Shown: positions 36,831 to 45,134 of the stretch, piece by piece
Position numbering within the stretch: the stretch's first letter is position 1
Layout: each line of letters begins with the position of its first letter
IMG/VR virus record: IMGVR_UViG_3300032373_000031
Coordinates: 1-45,134 of that record
Source of the DNA: a virus
Taxonomy: Duplodnaviria > Caudoviricetes
Strand: one strand, 5' to 3'
DNA: 45,134 nt
The notes under the pieces: generated by a model
Seen by the model: only the letters and a program-made list of their open reading frames with translations
What the model was told of the DNA's origin: nothing
The model's database searches: none
Program-made: the position numbers and the translations under genes

Positions 36831-37057
36831 TGGAAGATGAAGATCAATTTGAGTTAGACTTTACTGAAGACTACACACCTACTTCAATGGTGCAGTCTAA
36901 CGGAAAGATGTTAGCCTTCTTTAGTGTTGATGAGATCACTTCAGACATGGATAAGTTTTTACGAGGAGTGTTTGTTAGAGCACAGGTAGACGACGACTTT
37001 GTTAACGAGTTAATAGAATACGGTGAAGCGCCGGTAACCTCAACACAGGTAAACTAG
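36830..37057 (+). CDS. Acidic hypothetical protein
   Basis: AGGAG RBS; coupled. Confidence 0.6.
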   Translation: MEDEDQFELDFTEDYTPTSMVQSNGKMLAFFSVDEITSDMDKFLRGVFVRAQVDDDFVNELIEYGEAPVTSTQVN

Positions 37058-37058
37058 T

Positions 37059-37823
37059 ATGAAAATTCTTATATTCGATCTGGAAACAATGCCTATGCTG
37101 TCCTACCATTGGCAGCGGTGGCAGGAAAACATCGCTCCTGTTCAGACTGTTAGTGAGGGGTACCTTGCATCGTGGGCAGCTAAGTGGGTAGGTGACGATA
37201 CCGTTATGTACGACGGCCTTAACAACTACGACTACAAAATGGAAGATGAGAAGCACGTAGCTGGTACATTACATGAGCTAATGAGCGAGGCAGATGTAGT
37301 GGTACATTATAACGGCGACTCATTTGATATTAAAGTAGCTCAGACTGCGTTCGCTAGGCACGGGTTTGCCCCACCACATAAGCTACACTCTATTGACTTG
37401 TTTAAGATTGTCAAGAAAAACTTTAGGCTATCTTCTAAGAAGCTAAACTCAGTATGCGAGTACCTTGGCCTTGAACTTAAGGAAGAGAACTCAGGGTGGA
37501 AGCTTTGGATTGACTGTGTTAACGGCAACACTGAGGCATGGGAGAAGATGGAGTCGTACAACAGGCAGGACGTACTAGTAACTGAGGCGTTGTACCACAG
37601 ACTACTACCTTGGATACACAATCACCCTAATGTAAACATCCTGACAGACAGTGAAGAGATTAAGTGCTGTAACTGTGGCTCTTCTCATGTGATTAAGAAG
37701 GGTAAAGAGTTCACTAAAGCAGGAGTGTACCAGAGGTACCGTTGTAATTCTTGTGGCACACCACAGAGAGGTAAGACTATGCTTAACGGCAGGGAGCAGC
37801 GTTCTGCGCTGACAACACGGTGA
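37059..37823 (+). CDS. RNase H-like (DEDD) 3'-5' exonuclease with a C-terminal Zn ribbon
   Basis: FDLET, YNGDSFD, YNRQDV; CCNCGS...YRCNSCG. Confidence 0.85.
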   Translation: MKILIFDLETMPMLSYHWQRWQENIAPVQTVSEGYLASWAAKWVGDDTVMYDGLNNYDYKMEDEKHVAGTLHELMSEADVVVHYNGDSFDIKVAQTAFARHGFAPPHKLHSIDLFKIVKKNFRLSSKKLNSVCEYLGLELKEENSGWKLWIDCVNGNTEAWEKMESYNRQDVLVTEALYHRLLPWIHNHPNVNILTDSEEIKCCNCGSSHVIKKGKEFTKAGVYQRYRCNSCGTPQRGKTMLNGREQRSALTTR

Positions 37824-37975
37824 CTATTGAGGAGTTAATCCGTGACAGGCTCGACCCTGAAGAGTTTATTGATATTCTAGGGGTGACCATTGATGAGTTG
37901 ACTGATATATTCTCCTATGAAATCAGTCAGAATGAAGATAAATTTAAATTCTTGGAAGGAAATAGTGATGGGTAA
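37820..37975 (+). CDS. Small acidic protein (51 aa, MTIEELIRDRLDPEEFIDILGVTIDEL...)
   Basis: Translated by hand; GTGA overlap with the upstream stop. Confidence 0.6.
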   Translation: MTIEELIRDRLDPEEFIDILGVTIDELTDIFSYEISQNEDKFKFLEGNSDG

Positions 37976-38336
37976 TCTAATTCAAAAGGTAAAAGACTGG
38001 TTCGCCAGTAAGACAGGTAAGCGTGTGGTTAAACGTGCAGGTTTTGTACTGATGCACGCTGGTGTGGCTGGTATTATCGTAGGGTTGCTTGCTATTGTAG
38101 ACGTATTGGTTGGTGCTTATGCTACCTACGCTACAGCAGCAGTTGTTGCGCTTATTCTAATGGAGTTTGGCGAGCTTAAAGGTAGAGCCAAAGAAGCTGG
38201 CACCTTTGAGAACAATGTTGAAAGCAACCTTGAACTATTTGCAGACACCAACGATGATGTGTGGTCATTGCTGCAGACCGTAGGTGCTGTGATTGTATTC
38301 CTAGCTGTCTTTGAGGTAGTTAAATGGGTAGTGTAG
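37968..38336 (+). CDS. Membrane protein (about 3 TM)
   Basis: AAGGA RBS before ATG 37968; three hydrophobic segments. Confidence 0.65.
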   Translation: MGNLIQKVKDWFASKTGKRVVKRAGFVLMHAGVAGIIVGLLAIVDVLVGAYATYATAAVVALILMEFGELKGRAKEAGTFENNVESNLELFADTNDDVWSLLQTVGAVIVFLAVFEVVKWVV

Positions 38337-38569
38337 GGGGTAAAAAGACACCCCTGACTGATCAGGTCGGGGGTAGCCACTACCGGGACATGGGGATACA
38401 GCCTATGGAGTACAGTGAGAAGAACGGTTTGTCTGCAGCAGAGCACAGTGTAGTTAAGTACATCACTAGACACAAAGCTAAAGGTGGTGTTGAAGACCTA
38501 CGTAAAGCTATTCAGTGTGTGCAGATGGTGGCTTGGTTTCAATACGGGGTTAACCTAACAGAGGAATAA
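38324..38569 (+). CDS. DUF3310 (T7 gp1.7 nucleotide kinase / SaV-like) protein
   Basis: QVGGSHY..MGIQP.EY...VVKYITRH..KGG.EDLRKA. Confidence 0.85.
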   Translation: MGSVGGKKTPLTDQVGGSHYRDMGIQPMEYSEKNGLSAAEHSVVKYITRHKAKGGVEDLRKAIQCVQMVAWFQYGVNLTEE

Positions 38570-38576
38570 AAAATAT

Positions 38577-41261
38577 ATGACGGCACAATACGGGCCTAAG
38601 CTGCCCATCTCTAAAGAAATACACGCGACTAAATACCGCCTTGAAGGTGAACCATTCGATGATGCTATGTACAGGGTTAGTTCAACGTTGTCTGACGGTG
38701 ATGAGCACCGTAGGCAGCTTAGTGACATACTGTTAAACCAAAGGTTCATGCCTGCAGGTAGGGTACAGGCTGCAGTAGGTTCACCCCGTAGGACAACGCC
38801 TTATAATTGTTTAACTGCTGATACGAAAGTACTTACTAAAGAGTTTGGCCTAACTTCTTTAGGGTCTTTACAGAACTCTGAAGCAACTTTGTTGGACGGT
38901 AACAGTCAATGGGTGTCTTCAAAAATATACTGCCACGGCTCTCAAAAGGTGTATAATGTCTGCTTGACTAACGGTAAGAAGGTCTTAAATATAGGGGCAA
39001 CAGAAGACCATGACTGGATTGTAAAAGGTGCGACAGGGCTGATTAAAACCTCATCTCTTAAAAGAGGTGACAGAGTGCCTACTAAAGTCAATAGTACCCT
39101 CTTAAGTATTCAAAGTCTTGAAAGTGTTGAGGGGTTTAGGCATGGGTACGTCTATGGTGACGGCACTGCTACACAGGATAAAGGATATAGCGTCAGAGTT
39201 TGTAGCGATTTAGCTGACATAGCCCCTTGGTTTGAAGGAGTACCACACTCTTATCCACCTTCATACAGCGGCGACCCAGTGTACTACTTCTACGGCAGTA
39301 CTATCCCAACTCTTGCAAAAGAAAAGGGCATGAAAAGCTTCCCAAGTTCTACCAGTGTCTCGTTAGACTACCTTGTAGGGTTTATCGCGGGCTGGTTTGC
39401 GGCTGATGGGTGCGTATCTAATCAGCCAGAAGTAACTCTGTGCGCCTCTAAGGAAGAGTCAGAGTGGTTAAAAGTATATGGACCCCTTGTAGGTGTGTAT
39501 GTAACTGGAATGTCTAAGCTTGGTGAAGATACAAACTTTGGTAAACGAAATAAGACAGTGTATAATATAAGGCTTGACCAACGGTTCTTAGATGAAAGCT
39601 TTGTAGTAATCAAACGAAAAAGGGACAGGTTAAAAGAGTTTCCTGTAAAATCTTGGCGTGTTAAAGAGGTGTATGAAAAAGGGGAAGAGTTAGTTTATTG
39701 CCCCAGTGTTCCCACTACGAACTCTTTTTCAGGTGAAGGGGGTATACTCTTAAGAAACTGCTTTGTTAGTGGAAGGATTAACGATGATTTTGAAGACATT
39801 ATGCTTAAAGCTACTGAGGCTGGTAAAACAATGCGACTTGGGGGCGGTATTGGCTACGATTTTAGTACTCTTCGCCCCCGCAATAGTCTTATCCGTAGCT
39901 TGGGCAGTAGTGCATCAGGGCCAGTAAGCTTTATGGATATTTATGACGCTATTTGTGGGACCATTTCTTCTGCTGGTCACCGTAGAGGCGCTCAAATGGG
40001 TGTACTTAGAGTTGACCACCCCGACATCGAAGAGTTTATTCACGCCAAACGCAACAGTGACAGTCTTACTCGTTTTAACATCAGCGTTGGTATCACTGAC
40101 GATTTTATGGATGCAGTCTTAGTGGGTAAACAGTTTAATCTTAAGTGGCGTGGTAAAGTCTACAAGACTGTAGGCGCAGTAGCTCTATGGGACAGCATTA
40201 TGCGGTCTACATGGGACTGGGCAGAGCCGGGTGTGCTCTTCATTGACCGGATTAACCGAGAGAACAACCTGTATTACTGTGAAGAGATTACTGCTACTAA
40301 CCCCTGCGGCGAGCAGCCCCTACCTGCATATGGTGCCTGCCTGTTAGGGTCATTTAACCTTGTTAAGTACGTGCAGCGTGACGGTGACTACGTTACCTTT
40401 GATATGGACAAATTCCGTAACGACATACCTGCTGTGGTAAGAGCTATGGATAACATTGTTGACAACGCTATCTACCCACTGCCTCAGCAAGAGGAAGAAG
40501 CTAAGAATAAACGTCGTATGGGGTTAGGTGTAACAGGGTTGGCTAATGCTATCGAAGTACTAGGCTTTCCTTATGGCTCTGATGACTTCCTACGGTACAC
40601 CGACTACATTATGGAGACACTTCGTAACGAATGTTACAAGACTTCAGTGGAGTTAGCTAAGGAGAAGGGTAGCTTCCCTCTATTTGATGCTGATAAGTAC
40701 TGTGATGGAATGTTCATTAAGACTTTACCTGCCCAGATTAGGGACAGCATTAGAGAGCACGGTATACGTAACAGTCACCTGCTGAGTATCGCTCCTACTG
40801 GCACCATTAGTCTAAGTGCTGACAATATTTCTAGTGGTATTGAACCAGTGTTTACCCATGAGTATACAAGGACTATCCAAACAGCTAACGGGCCTATCTT
40901 TGAACAGGTCAGTGACTTTGCTTACCGTGAGTGGGGCTTGAAAGGAAAGACTGCTAATGAAGTATCTGTACAGGAGCACGTCAAAGTCTTGGTACTTTGT
41001 CAGAAGTATGTTGATAGTGCTTGTTCTAAAACATGTAACGTTGGTGACGAAGTTACCTTCGACGAGTTCAAGAATGTGTACATCGACGCCTACAAAGGTG
41101 GAGCAAAGGGCTGTACTACCTTTAGAGCAGCGGGTAAACGATACGGTATCTTAAATGCTGGTACCTCTGCTGAACCAGAAGAGCAAGAGTACATTGATGA
41201 TGAGGATGAAGTACAGGTATGCCTTATCGACCCAGTAACGGGACAACCTACCTGTAGTTAA
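38577..41261 (+). CDS. nrdJ: Class II (B12-dependent) ribonucleotide reductase containing an intein
   Basis: PAGR, GGGIG.DFS.LRP, RRGAQM, TNPCGEQPL, IAPTGTIS, C-terminal Cys pair; no nrdB in the genome; 577 aa after splicing. Confidence 0.9.
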   Translation: MTAQYGPKLPISKEIHATKYRLEGEPFDDAMYRVSSTLSDGDEHRRQLSDILLNQRFMPAGRVQAAVGSPRRTTPYNCLTADTKVLTKEFGLTSLGSLQNSEATLLDGNSQWVSSKIYCHGSQKVYNVCLTNGKKVLNIGATEDHDWIVKGATGLIKTSSLKRGDRVPTKVNSTLLSIQSLESVEGFRHGYVYGDGTATQDKGYSVRVCSDLADIAPWFEGVPHSYPPSYSGDPVYYFYGSTIPTLAKEKGMKSFPSSTSVSLDYLVGFIAGWFAADGCVSNQPEVTLCASKEESEWLKVYGPLVGVYVTGMSKLGEDTNFGKRNKTVYNIRLDQRFLDESFVVIKRKRDRLKEFPVKSWRVKEVYEKGEELVYCPSVPTTNSFSGEGGILLRNCFVSGRINDDFEDIMLKATEAGKTMRLGGGIGYDFSTLRPRNSLIRSLGSSASGPVSFMDIYDAICGTISSAGHRRGAQMGVLRVDHPDIEEFIHAKRNSDSLTRFNISVGITDDFMDAVLVGKQFNLKWRGKVYKTVGAVALWDSIMRSTWDWAEPGVLFIDRINRENNLYYCEEITATNPCGEQPLPAYGACLLGSFNLVKYVQRDGDYVTFDMDKFRNDIPAVVRAMDNIVDNAIYPLPQQEEEAKNKRRMGLGVTGLANAIEVLGFPYGSDDFLRYTDYIMETLRNECYKTSVELAKEKGSFPLFDADKYCDGMFIKTLPAQIRDSIREHGIRNSHLLSIAPTGTISLSADNISSGIEPVFTHEYTRTIQTANGPIFEQVSDFAYREWGLKGKTANEVSVQEHVKVLVLCQKYVDSACSKTCNVGDEVTFDEFKNVYIDAYKGGAKGCTTFRAAGKRYGILNAGTSAEPEEQEYIDDEDEVQVCLIDPVTGQPTCS
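38808..39758 (+). mobile_element. Intein (317 aa) with a LAGLIDADG homing endonuclease
   Basis: Starts CLTADTKV after PYN; block B ATEDH; GYVYGDG and AGWFAADG motifs; ends LLRN before C. Confidence 0.93.
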
Positions 41262-41273
41262 GGAGACACATGT

Positions 41274-41513
41274 ATGACCAACAGTAGTATAAGAACTGTA
41301 AACGACACCTTTACCGGCTCTATTCAAAGGCCAGTAGTACGTAAACTGTGCGTCCCTGAAGAGGGGCTGACAGTAGATGAGATAGTGACTCTCTTAAAAG
41401 CACTTAATTTACAGCACTCAGCTAGTACTATACAAGATGATGTGGCTTTTATGGATACACAAGGTAGCTTAGCTGAACACTGGGAGGTAGTAGAATGCTT
41501 GGAGATTATATAA
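41274..41513 (+). CDS. Hypothetical protein
   Basis: AAGGAG RBS. Confidence 0.65.
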   Translation: MTNSSIRTVNDTFTGSIQRPVVRKLCVPEEGLTVDEIVTLLKALNLQHSASTIQDDVAFMDTQGSLAEHWEVVECLEII

Positions 41514-41692
41514 TAGGGGCCACAAAGAAAGAAATAGAGATGTTAGCTAAAGAGAAGGCTGATAGACTTTTCCGTGAAGGAGCCTCTCTTAGGGTTAGGC
41601 ACTCCTTTGCAACATCTACCGGCAGTCAGCGTGACCCAGTTTTTAGTGGGGTTAAAGTAGTATTTAACACAGAAGAAGGAAATGTAACATGA
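41495..41692 (+). CDS. Hypothetical protein
   Basis: GGAGGT RBS. Confidence 0.6.
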   Translation: MLGDYIIGATKKEIEMLAKEKADRLFREGASLRVRHSFATSTGSQRDPVFSGVKVVFNTEEGNVT

Positions 41693-41831
41693 GAGCTACT
41701 ACGGGTAGACCCCTGCAGCCTTACCCCTGAAGACATGGAAAGGTTCGGTGATAAATTTGAAGGGGTTCTCGACTGTAACAGAGATGACTTTATCTATAAC
41801 GAAGGTGTAACACCAGAGAGGTACCTATTCG

Positions 41832-42059
41832 ATGAGTAAACGTATTAGACAATTCCTGTGCAGTGAGGCAGACAGCTACATTGCAGTTAACCTACACTAC
41901 GGTGACGTTAAGATCACAGACTGTAGCCGCCAAGCTAACCTATGGTTTGAGATGGACACTGCTAAGCACGCAAAGAAAAGCCTAGCAAAATTAAACAAAT
42001 TGCTAGGCCCATTGTTGAAACTACGGGAAGCTTTGGAGAAGAAAATTGAACAGGGTTAG
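41832..42059 (+). CDS. Hypothetical protein
   Basis: GAGGT RBS; basic helical C-terminus. Confidence 0.6.
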   Translation: MSKRIRQFLCSEADSYIAVNLHYGDVKITDCSRQANLWFEMDTAKHAKKSLAKLNKLLGPLLKLREALEKKIEQG

Positions 42060-42249
42060 TAAGCCTTACGTTTGGCAGGACAAGGCTACTGGGGTTAGTA
42101 TTTCTGCTTACGCCCCTTATGATGACCGGACTAGGTGGTACGTTAAAGAGTGTAGTGTTAAAGGTATCGTAGGTATGTGTGAGAGAAGTTTACCAGAACT
42201 GCGTACCACCGTAGCTAGGTTGCTTCCTAAATTAGGAGATAAATCATGA
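42046..42249 (+). CDS. Hypothetical protein
   Basis: TTG start, GGAG RBS, coupled to its neighbours. Confidence 0.5.
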   Translation: MNRVSKPYVWQDKATGVSISAYAPYDDRTRWYVKECSVKGIVGMCERSLPELRTTVARLLPKLGDKS

Positions 42250-42488
42250 ACGTCGCTGAGATTTTATCAGCGCTTCTTTATGAAGCTGGATATAAAAAAA
42301 TGTCCAAGAAAATTGATGCTGATTTTGAGGAAGACCCTGATCGCGAAGTGCTGTGCATGGAGGTAATGGTCTGGAGTGATGATGTGGCACAATCGGTGGG
42401 CGATGAAAGACAAAGCGCTGTTGGCGTTTCGGTCACTGGCTTATCCCATGAAGGGCCAACCATTATGCGGCTACAGACAGATGATTAA
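42246..42488 (+). CDS. Hypothetical protein, last gene of the plus arm
   Basis: AGGAG RBS; ATGA overlap. Confidence 0.6.
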   Translation: MNVAEILSALLYEAGYKKMSKKIDADFEEDPDREVLCMEVMVWSDDVAQSVGDERQSAVGVSVTGLSHEGPTIMRLQTDD

Positions 42489-42524
42489 TAGAAGTGACAA
42501 ACAAACGCCACAAGTACTTACAGT

Positions 42525-43085
42525 CTACCCCTGATTAGCCGCACTCTGCTTATTCCACTCAAGTATAACCTTGTTAGTTAACTTCTTGCTGTCATCATTC
42601 ATAGCTCTGACATATTCATCAGCGCTTACAGTGGTGGCAGCTTCTTTACGTAGTTCACCTATCCTACTGGATGCTTCTATCTGCTTCTTGGTTACTTCAA
42701 ACTCTTTACCCTTAAGCACATGTCTACTACCAAAGTAAAAGGTAACGATGATAGACAGCAATGTCCACATACCCATAGGCACAGTAGCCAGAGACTGTGA
42801 CACCTCTAGCCCACGGTCTACATCATAGATGACTACACCAAAGAACGCCAATACTGAGTACGCCATGATAGGTCTGACTAGTCTGTTAGCCCCGTCAACA
42901 AAGCTATCAAACAGTGTACGATTAGCATGTACATTAAACTCTGCAGCGTACTGAGATGATGCCTGTGCTGTGGCAGCGGCGTCCCTCTGTGACTGTGCTT
43001 CTTTGTTAGGTGTGAATACCCCTGCAACTTTCTCAACTACAGAGCCAATACCACCACCAAGTAACTTACCAATACCTAAGCCCAT
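42525..43085 (-). CDS. Holin (GTA-type 3TM holin family)
   Basis: FDSFVDGANRLVRP...W.LL.II..FYFG.R; coupled to the lysin. Confidence 0.85.
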   Translation of the reverse strand: MGLGIGKLLGGGIGSVVEKVAGVFTPNKEAQSQRDAAATAQASSQYAAEFNVHANRTLFDSFVDGANRLVRPIMAYSVLAFFGVVIYDVDRGLEVSQSLATVPMGMWTLLSIIVTFYFGSRHVLKGKEFEVTKKQIEASSRIGELRKEAATTVSADEYVRAMNDDSKKLTNKVILEWNKQSAANQG

Positions 43086-43609
43086 TATTCAAACTCCTTA
43101 ATGCGCTTCAACCATCCTCTAAGGAACACCTTCTGTGTTTCATCCTGAGCTACTATCTGTAAGAAGTAGTTACGACGCTCTTCCACAAGAGCCTTCAGGA
43201 ACACCTCCCCCATTAACTTCTGTGCTTCATGCGCTGCTGCTCTGGTAGCAGGTCCAGCAACACCATCCACTGCTAGCTCAGCTATGCCAGCACCGTTACA
43301 CACCCTCTGCACAAATAGTATAGGGTCGTCGGGTCCGTGGTGTACACATGCGTCTAGTAAGAAAGGTTGTACCTCCTCTGGTAGCCTGTCAATCTTAGGC
43401 TTACGGTAGTACTTCTCCTCATAGATGTCCTCAGCAAGTTCCACTTTTAGATCACGTACATCTAGCTCTGATACTTCCCTGCCTAGGTAGTCAGATAAAG
43501 TTGCTTGGGTAATACCGTACTTAGTTGGCCCACCTTTATCGCTAGGGTGATTAACATACCCACCTTCACGACGGATAATGTCTTGTATAATGTTGCTTAC
43601 GCTAACCAT
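43085..43609 (-). CDS. Endolysin, glycoside hydrolase family 108 with a peptidoglycan-binding domain
   Basis: REGGYVNHPSDKGGPTKYGIT; VDGVAGPAT; FLRGWLKR. Confidence 0.93.
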   Translation of the reverse strand: MVSVSNIIQDIIRREGGYVNHPSDKGGPTKYGITQATLSDYLGREVSELDVRDLKVELAEDIYEEKYYRKPKIDRLPEEVQPFLLDACVHHGPDDPILFVQRVCNGAGIAELAVDGVAGPATRAAAHEAQKLMGEVFLKALVEERRNYFLQIVAQDETQKVFLRGWLKRIKEFE

Positions 43610-43618
43610 TGTTAATCC

Positions 43619-45007
43619 TTACTCAGTGATCTCTACTGATGGAGTAGCTTCTGATGGACCAGTGATAGGCTCACCTACTAAACCGGGTACGTCTATATTG
43701 AAGCCTTCAATGTCAACCTCAATACCTTTAGCCCTGAACTGCTCTACAATCTGGCCTACCCACTCGCCCATTTCCTTCGGGGTCTTATAGCTAGACAGGT
43801 TTGACACTACGTTGTTAAGCTCATCTAAAACTCTACGACGCTTAGTTGTACCAGCATTACGTAAGCCTACTGACTGCTTAGCTGTAGGGAAACCCTCTGC
43901 ATAGAAATAGTCTTCCTTACCTAGTGAGCCAAATAGTCTGCTCATAGTTCCAGCATCCTCTTGCGGATTACGTAGGAATACCTTTACCTCAGTATTAGAG
44001 CCAAAGAGACTAGAAAACTGTGTGTCATAGGTATCTACGTACTGGGAGATAGAGTTACCAGCTAGATTATCATAGCTAGCCTGCGCTTTACTGTCTGTTG
44101 AGATAAACTGTCTAGTAGCTGTATCAAATTTATCACTACCATTCTCCATTAGAAGACTGTTAACCTTATTCAACATCTCCCTACCCTTGACTTTATCACC
44201 ACTGCCGTTGTTCATAGCCTTAGAGTAAGTCTCACGGGTAGCTCTGGCCACCTCTGACATCATAGCAGGAGTAGGGTGAGTACCAATAGCCTGCAGGTTA
44301 CTGATCTGGCTGACGAGAGAGTTCATGTACTGGACACGGCCAGCCCCCATGCTGAGAATAACTGATGCTTCAGTGTCTCCTGCACCAGCCATAGCTGCTA
44401 GCTCCTCTTCAGGTAGTGCTGCTTTAACCCTGCCCGCTAGTGCTGGCAAAGTATCTGACAAGAACTTAATCTGGAACTCAGGGTCAGTGCCGACGTACTC
44501 TGGTAGACCTAGAAGGCCAAACAAGGTATCACGGTAGTTCTGCCCACCAACACTGACTGCACCGTTGACTGCTTTCATGTTAGCAATAGGGTCAGCACTG
44601 TCTAGTACTTTTTGGATACCATCAAACCTAGCGTTAATCTCTGACAGGGTGTTACTGTAGTCAGCGTTGTCCATTAACTGACCCTGCTTCTCAAAGTTAT
44701 CCTTCTGTACCGCAGCATAGGACAGAGCCTGCTGCCTACGTAGCTCCAAGCTTGCCTTAAACTGGCTAGTAATCTGAGCAATAGCACCAAGGTCACCACC
44801 TGCAGCAGTAGTAGCGTTAACATACTCCATAGTTACAGGCTTATACTCAACACCTTCAGATACACCACCGTCCAGAAGTAAGCTAGTGTTGCCTCGTACC
44901 CCTGTAGAGTAGGTGGAGAAGTTCTGTTGACCCCTAGCAGCAGCTAGTTTCTGTGCATCCACCGCTCTAGCTGATGCTGCTTGCTGGTTAATGAAAGAAT
45001 ACGCAGT
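43619..45007 (-). CDS. Internal virion (ejection) protein, 3' part
   Basis: Ala/Gln-rich helical ORF at the internal-core-protein position; N-terminus encoded at 1-522. Confidence 0.75.
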   Translation of the reverse strand, partial: TAYSFINQQAASARAVDAQKLAAARGQQNFSTYSTGVRGNTSLLLDGGVSEGVEYKPVTMEYVNATTAAGGDLGAIAQITSQFKASLELRRQQALSYAAVQKDNFEKQGQLMDNADYSNTLSEINARFDGIQKVLDSADPIANMKAVNGAVSVGGQNYRDTLFGLLGLPEYVGTDPEFQIKFLSDTLPALAGRVKAALPEEELAAMAGAGDTEASVILSMGAGRVQYMNSLVSQISNLQAIGTHPTPAMMSEVARATRETYSKAMNNGSGDKVKGREMLNKVNSLLMENGSDKFDTATRQFISTDSKAQASYDNLAGNSISQYVDTYDTQFSSLFGSNTEVKVFLRNPQEDAGTMSRLFGSLGKEDYFYAEGFPTAKQSVGLRNAGTTKRRRVLDELNNVVSNLSSYKTPKEMGEWVGQIVEQFRAKGIEVDIEGFNIDVPGLVGEPITGPSEATPSVEITE

Positions 45008-45133
45008 AGCAAAGTCTACGTTGTTTTCATTAGCTGCTTCACGGATACTTTCTTCCAAGGATGACAACTGGTCTAGTTCTACTGAAGCACCAGCATCACC
45101 AAGCAGGCCAGAAGCAGACAAAGTAGCGTTAAG
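45008..45133 (+). repeat. Terminal overlap copy 2
   Basis: Identical to 1-126; the last base (45134, a) differs from base 127 (t). Confidence 0.95.
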
Positions 45134-45134
45134 A

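Larger units (their letters stand above)
1..45134. other. Complete lytic podovirus genome (Zobellviridae / PaP3-LUZ24-phiEco32-like), unit length ~45,007 bp
   Basis: Portal, TerL, scaffold, MCP and tail tube A/B on the minus arm; T7-like primase-helicase, PolA and SSB on the plus arm; no RNAP or integrase; ends overlap by 126 bp. Confidence 0.9.

Noticed and set aside
45008-45134. 126-bp end repeat as a biological direct terminal repeat
   Set aside because: It lies mid-ORF and its length fits an assembler k-mer overlap; the real ends are more likely near 20.1-20.6 kb.
1-45134. Alternative genetic code, or an integrase/lysogeny module
   Set aside because: Core genes translate full-length in code 11 and use all three stop codons; no recombinase or repressor was recognised.

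Overview
The window is an apparently complete, circularly assembled ~45,007-bp lytic podovirus genome. Bases 1-126 recur at 45008-45133, an assembly overlap that cuts one gene. Gene content and layout resemble Zobellviridae and PaP3/LUZ24/phiEco32-type phages (inference). A minus-strand late arm carries tail fibres, TerS/TerL, portal, scaffold, capsid, tail tube A/B, internal virion proteins, a GH108 lysin and a holin. A plus-strand early/replication arm carries an ATP-grasp/amidoligase/GATase/GGCT cassette, a T7-like primase-helicase, a split PolA, SSB, Cas4-like and Endo I nucleases, and a class II RNR with an intein. I see no RNA polymerase, integrase, tRNA or CRISPR array; transcription appears to use host sigma70-type promoters. 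The most striking unexplained element is a ~490-nt ORF-free segment (21072-21560). It starts at the predicted +1 of its own promoter, its two ends pair, and it holds many hairpins plus several 8-bp non-nested long-range pairings, so it is a candidate large ornate non-coding RNA. Other highlights are two paralogous 11-aa repeat proteins with only non-synonymous variation flanking the peptide-ligase cassette, a PolA split by a free-standing EndoVII-like gene, and a split tail nozzle gene. All family calls come from motif recognition by eye; no searches were run.
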